Positions 47,338 through 56,115 of a DNA stretch of 64,000 bases are shown here, piece after piece. Location of the stretch: assembly GCA_041489255.1 (NCBI GenBank), contig JBGPQV010000005.1:1-64000 (forward strand), in the 5' to 3' direction. The stretch's first letter is position 1. Each line of letters begins with the position of its first letter. The stretch comes from Thermoplasmata archaeon. GTDB taxonomy: Archaea > Thermoplasmatota > Thermoplasmata > RBG-16-68-12 > JAFNFQ01. Below the pieces are notes generated by a model, which worked only from the letters and a program-made list of their open reading frames with translations, was not told the DNA's origin and ran no database searches. The position numbers were made by a program, and so were the translations under genes.

Positions 47338-48195
47338 GTGGCCGACGAATCATGGAAAGCAGTCGCCGCTACGACCATCGTCATCATAGTCATCATCATA
47401 ATTTACTTCGAGCTGAGGTTCCTCAGACGGAAGCGCATGGCGAAGGCGGACACGGCCGGCATCGCTGACGAAGCTCATAACGCCGTGATCACGACGAAGG
47501 CCATCGCGTCCGCGCTGGAGCGCAGCGGGATCCGGAGCCTCGAGGCGAGGGAGTTGATACGCAGGGCGGAAATGGCACGCGCGTCAGGCGACAACAGGGC
47601 CACGCTGGATAATCTGGCAAACGCCAAGGAAGTCATGTTGCAGGAGAAGAAGCGGCATAAGGAGATCGGCGACCTCGCGAAGCTGCCGAAGACTGTGGCG
47701 GCCCCTGCGGTCCCGGAGGAGACGACGAAGGAGAAGCTGCAGAAGGAGCTGCCGAAGAACTACCTGCAGGCCAAGTTCATGCTCGGTTTCGCGCAGAAGG
47801 CGATCGACGAGCGTTTGAGCGAGGGCGGGGAGGTGAGCGAGGCGACCAAGCTCCTCGCGATCGCCCAAAAGGAGTTCGACGGAAAGGACTACGACGCCTC
47901 GCTGAAGCACGGGGTTCAGGCGAGGAGGGCGGCGGAGGAGCTGATAATCGAGATCAAGGACACGAGGTCGGTGGCACCAGTATCAGTCACCACGCCGGGG
48001 ACGACTTTGCCACCTGGAGTCGAGATCAGCGTATCCACGCTCAGGTGCAGGAGCTGCGGCGCCGACCTGAAAATCGACGACACGTTCTGCCGGAAATGCG
48101 GGGTGAAGGTCGAGCTGGCGGTGTGCCCGTCGTGCGGGACAAAGCCGACGACGGGAGACGCGTTCTGCAGGAAATGTGGAGTCGCGCTCGGCTAG
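47338..48195 (+). CDS. Membrane-anchored helical protein with C-terminal double zinc ribbon
   Basis: N-terminal TM, helical repeats, CRSCG…FCRKCG…CPSCG…FCRKCG. Confidence 0.85.
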   Translation: MADESWKAVAATTIVIIVIIIIYFELRFLRRKRMAKADTAGIADEAHNAVITTKAIASALERSGIRSLEARELIRRAEMARASGDNRATLDNLANAKEVMLQEKKRHKEIGDLAKLPKTVAAPAVPEETTKEKLQKELPKNYLQAKFMLGFAQKAIDERLSEGGEVSEATKLLAIAQKEFDGKDYDASLKHGVQARRAAEELIIEIKDTRSVAPVSVTTPGTTLPPGVEISVSTLRCRSCGADLKIDDTFCRKCGVKVELAVCPSCGTKPTTGDAFCRKCGVALG

Positions 48196-48231
48196 GCCCA
48201 TCCCGGAAAACCGTTAAGTAACCGCCGGGCG

Positions 48232-49302
48232 ATGCGCTGGCGGGTTCTAGGATTGGGACGTGTTCTCAAGGGAGTGCCCCGTCTCGATTATGACGGACAG
48301 TTCCTGACGCCGATAGGGGCGCTCACTGCGGTGCTGCAATCATTGGGGCTCCACACCAGCTACGATCAGCTGATGTTCCTCGGCGGCGGGGCCTTCAGGA
48401 TCAGCTGGAGCCGGGATTGGCTCGCGGAGAGCGCCGTGGCGTGCAGCGAGGACATCGTTGCGAACGCGGCGGCTTCGCAGGGCTTCGTGGCGGAGACGCG
48501 CATGCACGGCGACCCGGAATCAGCTTGGACGAGAATCAGGGAATCAATTGACGCGGGAATCTCTCTCCTGACCAGCGGCATCCAGTCGCCACTAGAATGG
48601 GCGGCAATCATTGGATATGAAGAGGACCCGAGAAGGCTCGTTCTGAGGAGCTATTCCGATTCTACTCCAGAGCCAAGTGTCAGGCAGTTCGAGGCCTGGG
48701 AGGGCTGGACATACCAGGGAGAAGGCAAGATCCCGCTGACGACCCTGAGGAGGGTCGGGAAGGTCGTGGAGGAGGACCGGGCGGTCCCCGCCGCGCTCGA
48801 AAGGGCGATGAGGTTCGCCTTGGAGGGTGAGTTCACGTTCGGCGGTGGGAGCACGGGCCCGCAATCTTTCTATTCAGGCGCGAAGGCCTACTCCGAGCTG
48901 GTGGAGGACATTCCCGCGATTTCCGAGGGTGTCAAGGCCGAAATCCTCGGCGAACGAGTCCGTGTGTTGAACCTGGTCTTGCGAGCCGTCATCGACGCGC
49001 GCGAGGCCGCGGTGGACTATCTCGAGGTCATCAAGCGGCGGGGGGCGAAGAACCAGATCTACGACGCGACAGTGGCGGTGGACAGGTACGCCAGGGAGGT
49101 CCGGGCGCTCGAAGGCGCCTTGGGGGAGTTGCCATGGCCCTCTGAAGAACCCCTCGCGGATGCTTCAAGGGAGGCCGCCGCGGCGGCTGGAGACAAGGCG
49201 AGGCGGGAAAGATGCGCTGCCAGCATCGAGAGGGCGATGGAGGAGGAGGGCAAGGCGGTGGCCGCCCTTTCCCGCGTCCTGAGGCTCTTCCCCCGATTCT
49301 GA
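48232..49302 (+). CDS. BtrH_N/C39-like papain-fold protein (start probably TTG 48253)
   Basis: GALTAVL…LMFLGGGAF, IRESIDAG, EWAAIIGYE, GAKAY; collinear with the C-terminal domain of 17274..18695. Confidence 0.7.
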   Translation: MRWRVLGLGRVLKGVPRLDYDGQFLTPIGALTAVLQSLGLHTSYDQLMFLGGGAFRISWSRDWLAESAVACSEDIVANAAASQGFVAETRMHGDPESAWTRIRESIDAGISLLTSGIQSPLEWAAIIGYEEDPRRLVLRSYSDSTPEPSVRQFEAWEGWTYQGEGKIPLTTLRRVGKVVEEDRAVPAALERAMRFALEGEFTFGGGSTGPQSFYSGAKAYSELVEDIPAISEGVKAEILGERVRVLNLVLRAVIDAREAAVDYLEVIKRRGAKNQIYDATVAVDRYAREVRALEGALGELPWPSEEPLADASREAAAAAGDKARRERCAASIERAMEEEGKAVAALSRVLRLFPRF

Positions 49303-49330
49303 TATAGAAACCTTAAAAACGAGGCGCTCA

Positions 49331-49663
49331 ATGCCTTCCGCGATGGTTGCGACGGAGGACATCGAAGCCGACTTGGAGAAATACTACGGCGAGGAGCAGG
49401 TGACCGCGGTCATCGCCCTCAAGGTGGACACCAAGGAGGCCGACAGGATCGCGGCGAGGGTCGCGGAGTTCCCCTCCATGCAGGATGTCTTCCTGGTGAC
49501 CGGCGACACGGATATAGTGGCGAAGGCCCGATTCGCAAACTATAAGGAGATGAAGGCGTTCGTGCTTCAGTCCCTCATGCCCATACGGGGCGTGAAGGAC
49601 GCTAGGACGCTCATGGTAGTGACCGCCTACAAAGAGGGCGGAATATCTAAGGAGATAGGGTAG
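49331..49663 (+). CDS. Stand-alone Lrp/AsnC ligand-binding domain
   Basis: VFLVTGDTDIVAK…GVKDARTLMV; no HTH. Confidence 0.88.
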   Translation: MPSAMVATEDIEADLEKYYGEEQVTAVIALKVDTKEADRIAARVAEFPSMQDVFLVTGDTDIVAKARFANYKEMKAFVLQSLMPIRGVKDARTLMVVTAYKEGGISKEIG

Positions 49664-49693
49664 GACAGATGGTCTTGGACAGGTGGTGGCAAG

Positions 49694-49945
49694 ATGAGTA
49701 CCGAGGACAGAATCAAGCAGATTATCGAAGTCCTCGATCAGCTTGCGGAGGACACGACCGTCCCGCGTAATATCCGAAGGGGAGCGAATGACGCGAAGAC
49801 CTACCTCCTGAAGACCGATGCATTGGACGTGAGGGTCGCGTCCGCCATAATGATCCTGGACGAGCTTGCGAACGACCCGAACATACCCCTCCACGGCAGG
49901 ACGCAGATCTGGAACCTGATCTCCCAGCTAGAGACGGTGAAGTGA
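49694..49945 (+). CDS. UPF0147 family protein
   Basis: [10 protein letters not shown]…[26 protein letters not shown]. Confidence 0.92.
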   Translation: MSTEDRIKQIIEVLDQLAEDTTVPRNIRRGANDAKTYLLKTDALDVRVASAIMILDELANDPNIPLHGRTQIWNLISQLETVK

Positions 49946-50008
49946 AGCGGGAATCGCGTCTCGTTGGGCGGATTCATCCCCTGTCATCCGCGATGCCAAG
50001 GAACAGAT

Positions 50009-50935
50009 TCATTCCAGTTCTTCTTCCCTCATCTTCTTCAGCAGCGATGCCTTCTGTAAGATTCTCTTGGCCTTGTTTGCGTCGCCCAAGGCTTCAGCCA
50101 GCTGCTCGACACTTGCGCCGCCGATGGCCTCGATACCGTCGTATCCCGCCTCCACCAGCTTGTCGACTATCTTCGCAGACGCCGAGAGGTCTATCCTCAG
50201 GGATTTCTTTCTTGTCTCTAGATCTTTCCGCTGCCTCGTGTTCTCCTCGCTCGTTATGACGCCGTCCTTTATCGTGTACGTGCGGTCGCACATCATCGCC
50301 GCGGTCTCGGAATGCGTGACCAGAATCACGGTGGTCCTCCTCTCCCTGCTCAGCTTGTGCATCAGGTTGATTATCGCTTCCCCGGTCTTGGAGTCAAGGT
50401 TACCCGTCGGCTCGTCAGCCAGGATCATGGCCGGTTCGTTGGCCAATGCCCTGGCGATGGCGACCCGCTGCGCCTCTCCCCCGCTCAGCTTGAGGGGCTT
50501 GTAGTTCGCCCTCTTCGTCATGCCGACGGCGTCAAGGAGACCCGAAGCCCTCTCTCTCCGCTTCTTCTTGGGCACCTTGAGCGCCTCCATCGGCAGCTCC
50601 ACGTTCTCCATCGTGGTCAGGTTGGGTATGAGGTTGAACGTCTGGAAGACGAACCCGATAGTCCTCGCCCGGTATTCCGTGAGGTCGCTCTCTCTCATCT
50701 TTGAGATGTCCTTCCCGTTGACGTTGACCTCGCCCGAGGTGGGGAGATCCAGGGCACCGACCATTTGCAGCAGGGTCGTCTTCCCGCTGCCGCTGGGCCC
50801 CTTGATGGCGACCATCTGCCCTCTCTTCACCGTCATGTTCACGCCCTGCAGGGCGGCGACCTTCTCTCCCTTGCCCTTGACGTCATAGACCTTCATGACG
50901 TCCTTCAGGATCACGACATTCTCGCCGTCACTCAT
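50009..50935 (-). CDS. LolD/MacB-type ABC ATPase with C-terminal HhH-like domain
   Basis: [28 protein letters not shown]; tail [31 protein letters not shown]. Confidence 0.9.
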   Translation of the reverse strand: MSDGENVVILKDVMKVYDVKGKGEKVAALQGVNMTVKRGQMVAIKGPSGSGKTTLLQMVGALDLPTSGEVNVNGKDISKMRESDLTEYRARTIGFVFQTFNLIPNLTTMENVELPMEALKVPKKKRRERASGLLDAVGMTKRANYKPLKLSGGEAQRVAIARALANEPAMILADEPTGNLDSKTGEAIINLMHKLSRERRTTVILVTHSETAAMMCDRTYTIKDGVITSEENTRQRKDLETRKKSLRIDLSASAKIVDKLVEAGYDGIEAIGGASVEQLAEALGDANKAKRILQKASLLKKMREEELE

Positions 50936-52151
50936 AGCGAAGCGCCTCCGCGGGTTTCAGCTTCGTCGCCTTGATGACCGGGTACAGCGAACCGACCACT
51001 CCGAGCAGAATCGCCAGGCCGAGCGTGATAATCATCATGTCGGGCTGCAGCGCGAGGCCCATCCTAGCCACGAAGATCCCGGCCGGTCCGCCGCTCGGGG
51101 GCCCGCCCCCAGACGGGCTAGCACCTGTGCCGCCGCCCAAGACCAAGGTCGTTATCGACGGCCCTGCGATCAAGACGACGACCAGGCTCACGATGAAACC
51201 GAAGATCGCCAGCGTGACGGACTCGATGATGAACTGCCCGACGATGCTGGAACTCTTGAACCCGATCGCCTTCAGGACGCCAATCTCCCTCGTCCTCTCT
51301 CTCGCGATCAGTATCATGATGAAAGTCATGACCGCCACGCCGGTCAGCAGGGAGAGCCATAGCCCGGTCGCGCTGCTCGCCGCGATGCTGTTGAGCGAGC
51401 TCTGCATCTGAGAGGCGAAGGCAGATGCCGGGACGATGTCGTAGTCGTCCCCTAGGGTGCTTCTCAGGGAATCCACGACGTAGTCGACGTTCCCCGCGAA
51501 GTTGACATTCACGTACATCATGTTCATTCCGCTGATCTGGTACACCCGCTTCGCGGTCTGGTAAGGTATTATCAGAGCGGTGTCGCCGAAGCGGTTTCCG
51601 GTGGTGAATATCCCCACGACCTGGACGGACGTCCCGTTCAGGGTGACTGTGCCATACAAGCCGACAGCCTTGTCCTCCGAATAGCCCGACCCGATCAGTG
51701 CGACATTCGCATTCGCGTCTCCGGAGTTCAATGTCCTTCCGTCCGTGAGCGACATCGACCCCCCGCCGAAGAGCACTAGGGGTTGGCTCGGATCCTGACC
51801 CTGCACCATCGTCGGTCTCGCGCCCGTGCCGGGCTGCCCCATCTCGCCCTCCATATGTGTTATGACCGTCTGCACCGACACGACATGCGCCATCCTTTGA
51901 ACCGTCGGGACGATACTCTCGTCCATCGTAGCCTCATTGGAGAACCCGAAGCCGCCAAAACTGCCTGCAGGGCGCACGGTGACCTCGGTGTCAGATGTCT
52001 GCGATATGTCCCTCGCCCTGTTCGAGATGTCGGCGTTCACCGTCGACATCGCCATGAAGACCCCCAGGCAGAAGCCTATGATTAGGATCACAGATACGCT
52101 TCTGACCTTCTTCCTGAACACGTTTCTTACAGCTCTGCTGGCTACTCCCAT
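50928..52151 (-). CDS. FtsX/MacB-family ABC permease
   Basis: TM1, large extracellular domain, ERTREIGVLKAIG, YPVIKA…PAEALR. Confidence 0.92.
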   Translation of the reverse strand: MGVASRAVRNVFRKKVRSVSVILIIGFCLGVFMAMSTVNADISNRARDISQTSDTEVTVRPAGSFGGFGFSNEATMDESIVPTVQRMAHVVSVQTVITHMEGEMGQPGTGARPTMVQGQDPSQPLVLFGGGSMSLTDGRTLNSGDANANVALIGSGYSEDKAVGLYGTVTLNGTSVQVVGIFTTGNRFGDTALIIPYQTAKRVYQISGMNMMYVNVNFAGNVDYVVDSLRSTLGDDYDIVPASAFASQMQSSLNSIAASSATGLWLSLLTGVAVMTFIMILIARERTREIGVLKAIGFKSSSIVGQFIIESVTLAIFGFIVSLVVVLIAGPSITTLVLGGGTGASPSGGGPPSGGPAGIFVARMGLALQPDMMIITLGLAILLGVVGSLYPVIKATKLKPAEALRYE

Positions 52152-52250
52152 TTCTGCAACCTCCCTTAGAGCGAATGTCCCTCTCCAATAATGTTCGCTA
52201 AGTCAGTCAAGACGCACTCAACCCCCTAGTCTGGGTGGAAATCCGCCGGT

Positions 52251-53048
52251 TCAAATCCCAGGCGGTGGACTCCTGGTTCCCGGACATGGCTGCTGTGGAG
52301 GAGGATTCCCTTCCCCTCCTCGCGGTGGATGTCTTGGCGGCTGATTCAAGTCCCCGGACGGGGGAGGGCAGGGGGGTTGGGGACCTGAGTCGTGCTGGCG
52401 TGGCGGTGGTGGGTTGCCCACCAGAACGACCGCATGACCGACGATGTGCTCTCCATCATAGTCTGTTACGACGGTGATGCAAGCGACACCGTTCGCAGTC
52501 GCGGTGAACAGACCGTTCTCGTCAATCGTGTCGACCGTTGGGATTGTGTCGTTCGCGTTGAGTGGTGGATTCGGCGGGGTCAGGGTCTCGACAGTCCAAT
52601 TGTAGGTGAGCCCCGAGATTGACTGGTTGTCCGCATCGTAGGCCTGCGCGGTTAAATGCTGCGTCGCGTTCACGTCAAGCCAGACGAACCTGGGTTCGAC
52701 GACTGTGTAGCTGGACGGTCCCGGCGACGTGCCTGTCCCGTTTGGCGGTGGCGGTGGTCTGGGCGGCGGGCTGGTGTTGTTGTAGCCTATCATGGGGGGT
52801 GGATTTGCCATGCAAATCAGAGGAGGAGGAAACTGATCATTTCCCATCGTGCCGTTGCCAGAACTCAGGTCGTCTCCCGTCCCCGCGCCGGAAGCGTCGT
52901 TGCCGCTTGCCGAGTTAAGGAACGAGATGCTGAGCGCGCTCACGAGAAGAAGGCAGGTGATCAAGGTGGCCAACGCGGTCTTGCCGTGACTCCCGAGCCT
53001 CTCCTCGCTTTCCAGCTCACTTTCCTTCTTCCTCAATGTCCATCTCAT
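52251..53048 (-). CDS. Membrane-anchored Pro-rich protein with one Ig-like domain
   Basis: TM; Pro-rich linkers; LTAQAYD…YNWTV…IDENGLFTA; AGGTGAGG SD. Confidence 0.75.
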   Translation of the reverse strand: MRWTLRKKESELESEERLGSHGKTALATLITCLLLVSALSISFLNSASGNDASGAGTGDDLSSGNGTMGNDQFPPPLICMANPPPMIGYNNTSPPPRPPPPPNGTGTSPGPSSYTVVEPRFVWLDVNATQHLTAQAYDADNQSISGLTYNWTVETLTPPNPPLNANDTIPTVDTIDENGLFTATANGVACITVVTDYDGEHIVGHAVVLVGNPPPPRQHDSGPQPPCPPPSGDLNQPPRHPPRGGEGNPPPQQPCPGTRSPPPGI

Positions 53049-53094
53049 TTCCTCACCTTGTGTGTGCGTTCACGAGTCCTCTTTACGGGTGGAC

Positions 53095-53140
53095 TTGATA
53101 AGCCGTTTTGCCGCAATCGTTCCCAAATTCAACCCGAATC
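53095..53140 (-). promoter_or_regulatory. Promoter with three 11-bp-phased direct repeats abutting the BRE/TATA
   Basis: Plus strand TTGATAA-GCCGTTTT-G-CCGCAATCGTT-CCCAAATTCAA-CCCGAATC. Confidence 0.55.
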
Positions 53141-53151
53141 AGGGATTGATG

Positions 53152-53574
53152 CTACTCTAGGCTCAGATAGAGGAGGACGACGAGAGCCGCGGTGGCGAAG
53201 ATGTCGGGCAACATCGCGAATGGGCCAAGCCCGAAGGCCTGGAAGCCGAACAGGGTCTGCAAGAGCGGATTAGAGGTCAGCGCATAAAGCAGCAGGACCA
53301 GCATGACCATGACGAGCCCGAGTGTGAACTTCGACTTGACCTTGCGGTAGAGGTTCGAGTAGATGACCATGAGCGAGATGAGAAGAACGATGTTCACGAT
53401 AGAAATCACCGTCTTCGCGGTGTAGAACAGTTCGAAGTCGCCGGGTGGCAGAGGCGGAGGTCGTTGCGGCGGTTGCGGTCTCGAGAGAGGGAACACAGCA
53501 GTCAGCACGACACCCAGAAGTACAGCCACCAACACAAGAATCAAGATTAATCCAACGCCCGCAATCCTTCTCAT
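53152..53574 (-). CDS. Small membrane protein typically adjacent to archaeal ArsR genes
   Basis: LYRKVKSKFTLGL…ALTSNPLL…GPFAMLPDIF; ATGA overlap with the ArsR gene. Confidence 0.85.
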   Translation of the reverse strand: MRRIAGVGLILILVLVAVLLGVVLTAVFPLSRPQPPQRPPPLPPGDFELFYTAKTVISIVNIVLLISLMVIYSNLYRKVKSKFTLGLVMVMLVLLLYALTSNPLLQTLFGFQAFGLGPFAMLPDIFATAALVVLLYLSLE

Positions 53575-53903
53575 GTCCTCACCTTTCTATCCGCTTCCTC
53601 ATTGATGCCGTTTTTCCCAATTCTCGCCCATATTCGATTGAAGAACTCGTAATTCTCCTCAAGCAAAGTGGAGAGGTTGTACATCTTGCCGTACCTGCCC
53701 CCCATCGATGTGATTAACCCGTTCTTCTCCAAGAGACCCAGGTGGTGCCTGACCGTTTTATAGTCCATGCCCAGTCTCTCCGCGAGCTGATTCGCGTTAT
53801 AGGGACGATCATTCAGAGCATGCACGATCCTCGCTCTGCTTGGCCCCCCCGCGCTACCGGCGAACAACCACCAGAGCAGTCTTTCAATCGTTTTCATCGT
53901 CAA
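53571..53903 (-). CDS. ArsR-family wHTH regulator
   Basis: LLWWLFAGSAGGPSRARIV…PYNANQLA…DYKTVRHHLGLLEKNGLI…YG.MY. Confidence 0.92.
   Translation of the reverse strand: MTMKTIERLLWWLFAGSAGGPSRARIVHALNDRPYNANQLAERLGMDYKTVRHHLGLLEKNGLITSMGGRYGKMYNLSTLLEENYEFFNRIWARIGKNGINEEADRKVRT
53601..53635 (-). promoter_or_regulatory. Second copy of the phased-repeat/BRE motif, inside the 3' end of the ArsR gene
   Basis: ATTGAT-GCCGTTTT-T-CCCAATTCTCG-CCCATATTC aligns with 53095-53140. Confidence 0.5.
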
Positions 53904-54281
53904 TCATCGACTCTATCGATTCTTCAGAGACTCCATTGGCAGGCTGGCCTTCTGGTGGACGGATACGGACGCAGCTCCTCGTTCCAGGTTGCGTCTGTCT
54001 GGTTCCATGCGGTGTGCTCTGGCGGGTCATGTCGCCGCTCAACTCGACCGTGCGTTTTTCACCGATAACCGCGAAATGCCGCACACCTCATCAGCTTTCT
54101 GCCCGTGCGGGGCTCTGGAGGCATCGTCACTCCCGATTCTGACCCTAATCTCATCTTCTGGATTGCATTCGTCGACTCGCAGCGGCGGAGCAGGAACCCG
54201 ATTCGACATGACGATTTTTCGATCATCTTGAGCAACCGTTCCGCTCTGGGCTGCGCTATTCAGCAGGTTTCTTGGCATGGG

Positions 54282-54810
54282 TCACAGAACGTCGGGAGGA
54301 TATCTCCTCTTGATGGGCGGCTGAAGGAGGTTGTGCATAGAACTCAACTGAAGGAGGTTGTGAAAAGCACCCACGGGAGAGAAGACGATTCCCGCCCCGA
54401 GGATTGCCCGGGCGAGGTTGGGATTCTCCTGGGATTCGACATCGGAGAATTCCCCGCCAAGCATCCGGACGGCCTTCTCAATCTCTCCAAGATCGAACCA
54501 TACACCCTTGCATTTGGCGCATACATCCAGCTTGATGTCCCCGACCGGGCGGTTCACCATCTTCCGCCCACAATGCGGACAGGCGAGGCTTGAGTCTCCT
54601 CCTGCATATTCGACAACCATCCGCTCGATCTCTCGACTGCCGGATATCTTCGTGATCTCTCCCTTGTCGAACCATGCCCCGCCGCACTTGGGACACACAT
54701 CAAGCTGAAACTGGCCCTTCCGCCCCTGGACAGACTCGAGGAGCACCTCCTTTCCATCGCGCGGGCATCGAAGCGCTTCCGCCACGACCATGAAAGGCAC
54801 ATCCGGATGC
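54282..54810 (-). CDS. Tandem TFIIB-type zinc-ribbon protein
   Basis: CPRDG…LDVCPKCGGAWFDKGE and CPHCG…LDVCAKCKGVWFDLGE; the ORF-track extension to 54941 runs through the tRNA and is rejected. Confidence 0.85.
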
Positions 54811-54898
54811 ATAAGTCTTCCTGTCGAGCCATCCCTGAATTGTCCGCATCCGCCTCTCTCTGAAAGATTTATGAGTGCACCGCCATTAGGAGAGGACC

Positions 54899-54969
54899 GC
54901 GGCTGTAGTCTAATGGCAGGACTTGAGCTTCCCAAGCTCACAACGCGGGTTCGATTCCCGCCAGCCGCA
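54899..54969 (+). tRNA. tRNA-Gly(CCC), intronless, CCA not encoded
   Basis: Acceptor GCGGCTG/CAGCCGC + A; anticodon arm TGAGC-TTCCCAA-GCTCA; T arm GCGGG-TTCGATT-CCCGC; TTTAT box about 30 nt upstream. Confidence 0.96.
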
Positions 54970-55066
54970 CTCTCGTTAAGGAACCTTCAATCAGATTGAA
55001 GATGGAAGGCTTTGCCCGGGAGACCGCTGCCTTCCTGTTCCGCCGTTCTTTCCTCGGCTGGTGTAA

Positions 55067-55462
55067 CTAGACCGCCATCGAGGCGAACAGCAGGGCGGCT
55101 AGGATGAGCACGCCGAGCTTCTGCATGTCGGTGAGTCTCTTGCTGCCGATGCCCCATATCGCTGCTGGGCCCGCGATGCCGAAGGCCCCGAAGGCCCACA
55201 GGAGCTGTCCAATCCTTATGTTATCGATGCTCCCACCTGCGAATATGAGCACCGCCCTACCCACGAACATCAGGATGGCGCCAATCAGGACTATGAAGAT
55301 GAGGAATGTCTTCCTCATCATTTCACCGAAGTCCGTCGGTTGCGCTGGCGGCATGTATTGCTGTCCGTAAGTCGGCGGCATCTGCTGCCCGTAGGTCGGT
55401 GGCATCTGCTCTGGCGCACCAGTCCCAGGCTGTATGTTTCCTCCGGCCATAGGAATCGGCAC
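55067..55462 (-). CDS. Small membrane protein with N-terminal MPPTYGQQ repeats (start probably ATG 55450)
   Basis: QMPPTYGQQMPPTYGQQYMPP followed by three TM helices. Confidence 0.75.
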   Translation of the reverse strand: MPIPMAGGNIQPGTGAPEQMPPTYGQQMPPTYGQQYMPPAQPTDFGEMMRKTFLIFIVLIGAILMFVGRAVLIFAGGSIDNIRIGQLLWAFGAFGIAGPAAIWGIGSKRLTDMQKLGVLILAALLFASMAV

Positions 55463-55510
55463 ATACTTCGCTTTGCATACTTAAAGGTTGATGCTTCTGG
55501 AGGGAACGGG

Positions 55511-55870
55511 TCAGTGGAACTCTCTGCGGATGAGCAGCAGGTAGACCAGCAGCACCACGGCGACGAGTAGGGTGCAGATGTTGTAGGCTTGCGTGAGGAA
55601 CGGAAGGACGAGTATGGCCACGAGGGCCAGGATCGACAGGACCCACGCCCACATCCTGAGGTTCCAGAGCCCCAGCCCGGCCACGATCAAGATGATGCCG
55701 AATACGGTGAAGATGGCTCCAGTCAGAAAGACCATCCCCGCGGGGATTCCGAACCCGGGCAAGGACGCCAAGAACGCGCTGCCGATCAAGAACAGGATGC
55801 CCGCGATGAGAACGAGCACTCCGAAGAGAATGATCAGTATTGCCAGAATCGAAACGCCAATCGGTCGCAT
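55511..55870 (-). CDS. Small 4-TM membrane protein
   Basis: RPIGVSILAIL…GLWNLRMWAW…YLL; GGAGG SD before ATG 55870. Confidence 0.8.
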   Translation of the reverse strand: MRPIGVSILAILIILFGVLVLIAGILFLIGSAFLASLPGFGIPAGMVFLTGAIFTVFGIILIVAGLGLWNLRMWAWVLSILALVAILVLPFLTQAYNICTLLVAVVLLVYLLLIRREFH

Positions 55871-56115
55871 GTCAGACCTCCAATGTTCTTGTTCACCCCG
55901 ATGAGTCACCCGCCATAAAGCTATTGGCAATCATTTGCGCCCGCCATTTTCCATTTTGTTGATGGACCGCCACTTGCGGCGGTATGGTTTCATCGCGCTA
56001 TCCACCTCGACCGGCATGGTCAAAGGATGGAGAGATTTCGGAAAGTGTCACCGCATCCGAACATCTGCCGCCCATATCCGAATACCTTTATACCGAGGTG
56101 TCCTAGGGTACACCG

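Noticed and set aside
53904-54281. 380-bp gap with short hairpin-like segments, possible ncRNA
   Set aside because: No recognisable RNA family or convincing extended structure by eye; a covariance search would be needed.
54321-54362. Direct repeat CTGAAGGAGGTTGTG x2, 27 bp apart
   Set aside because: An in-frame local duplication (HNLLQ twice) in a gene tail; no wider pattern.
54899-54969. tRNA-Gly as an integration site for the accessory tract
   Set aside because: No duplicate of its 3' end was noticed elsewhere in the window, no integrase is present, and housekeeping genes separate it from the tract.
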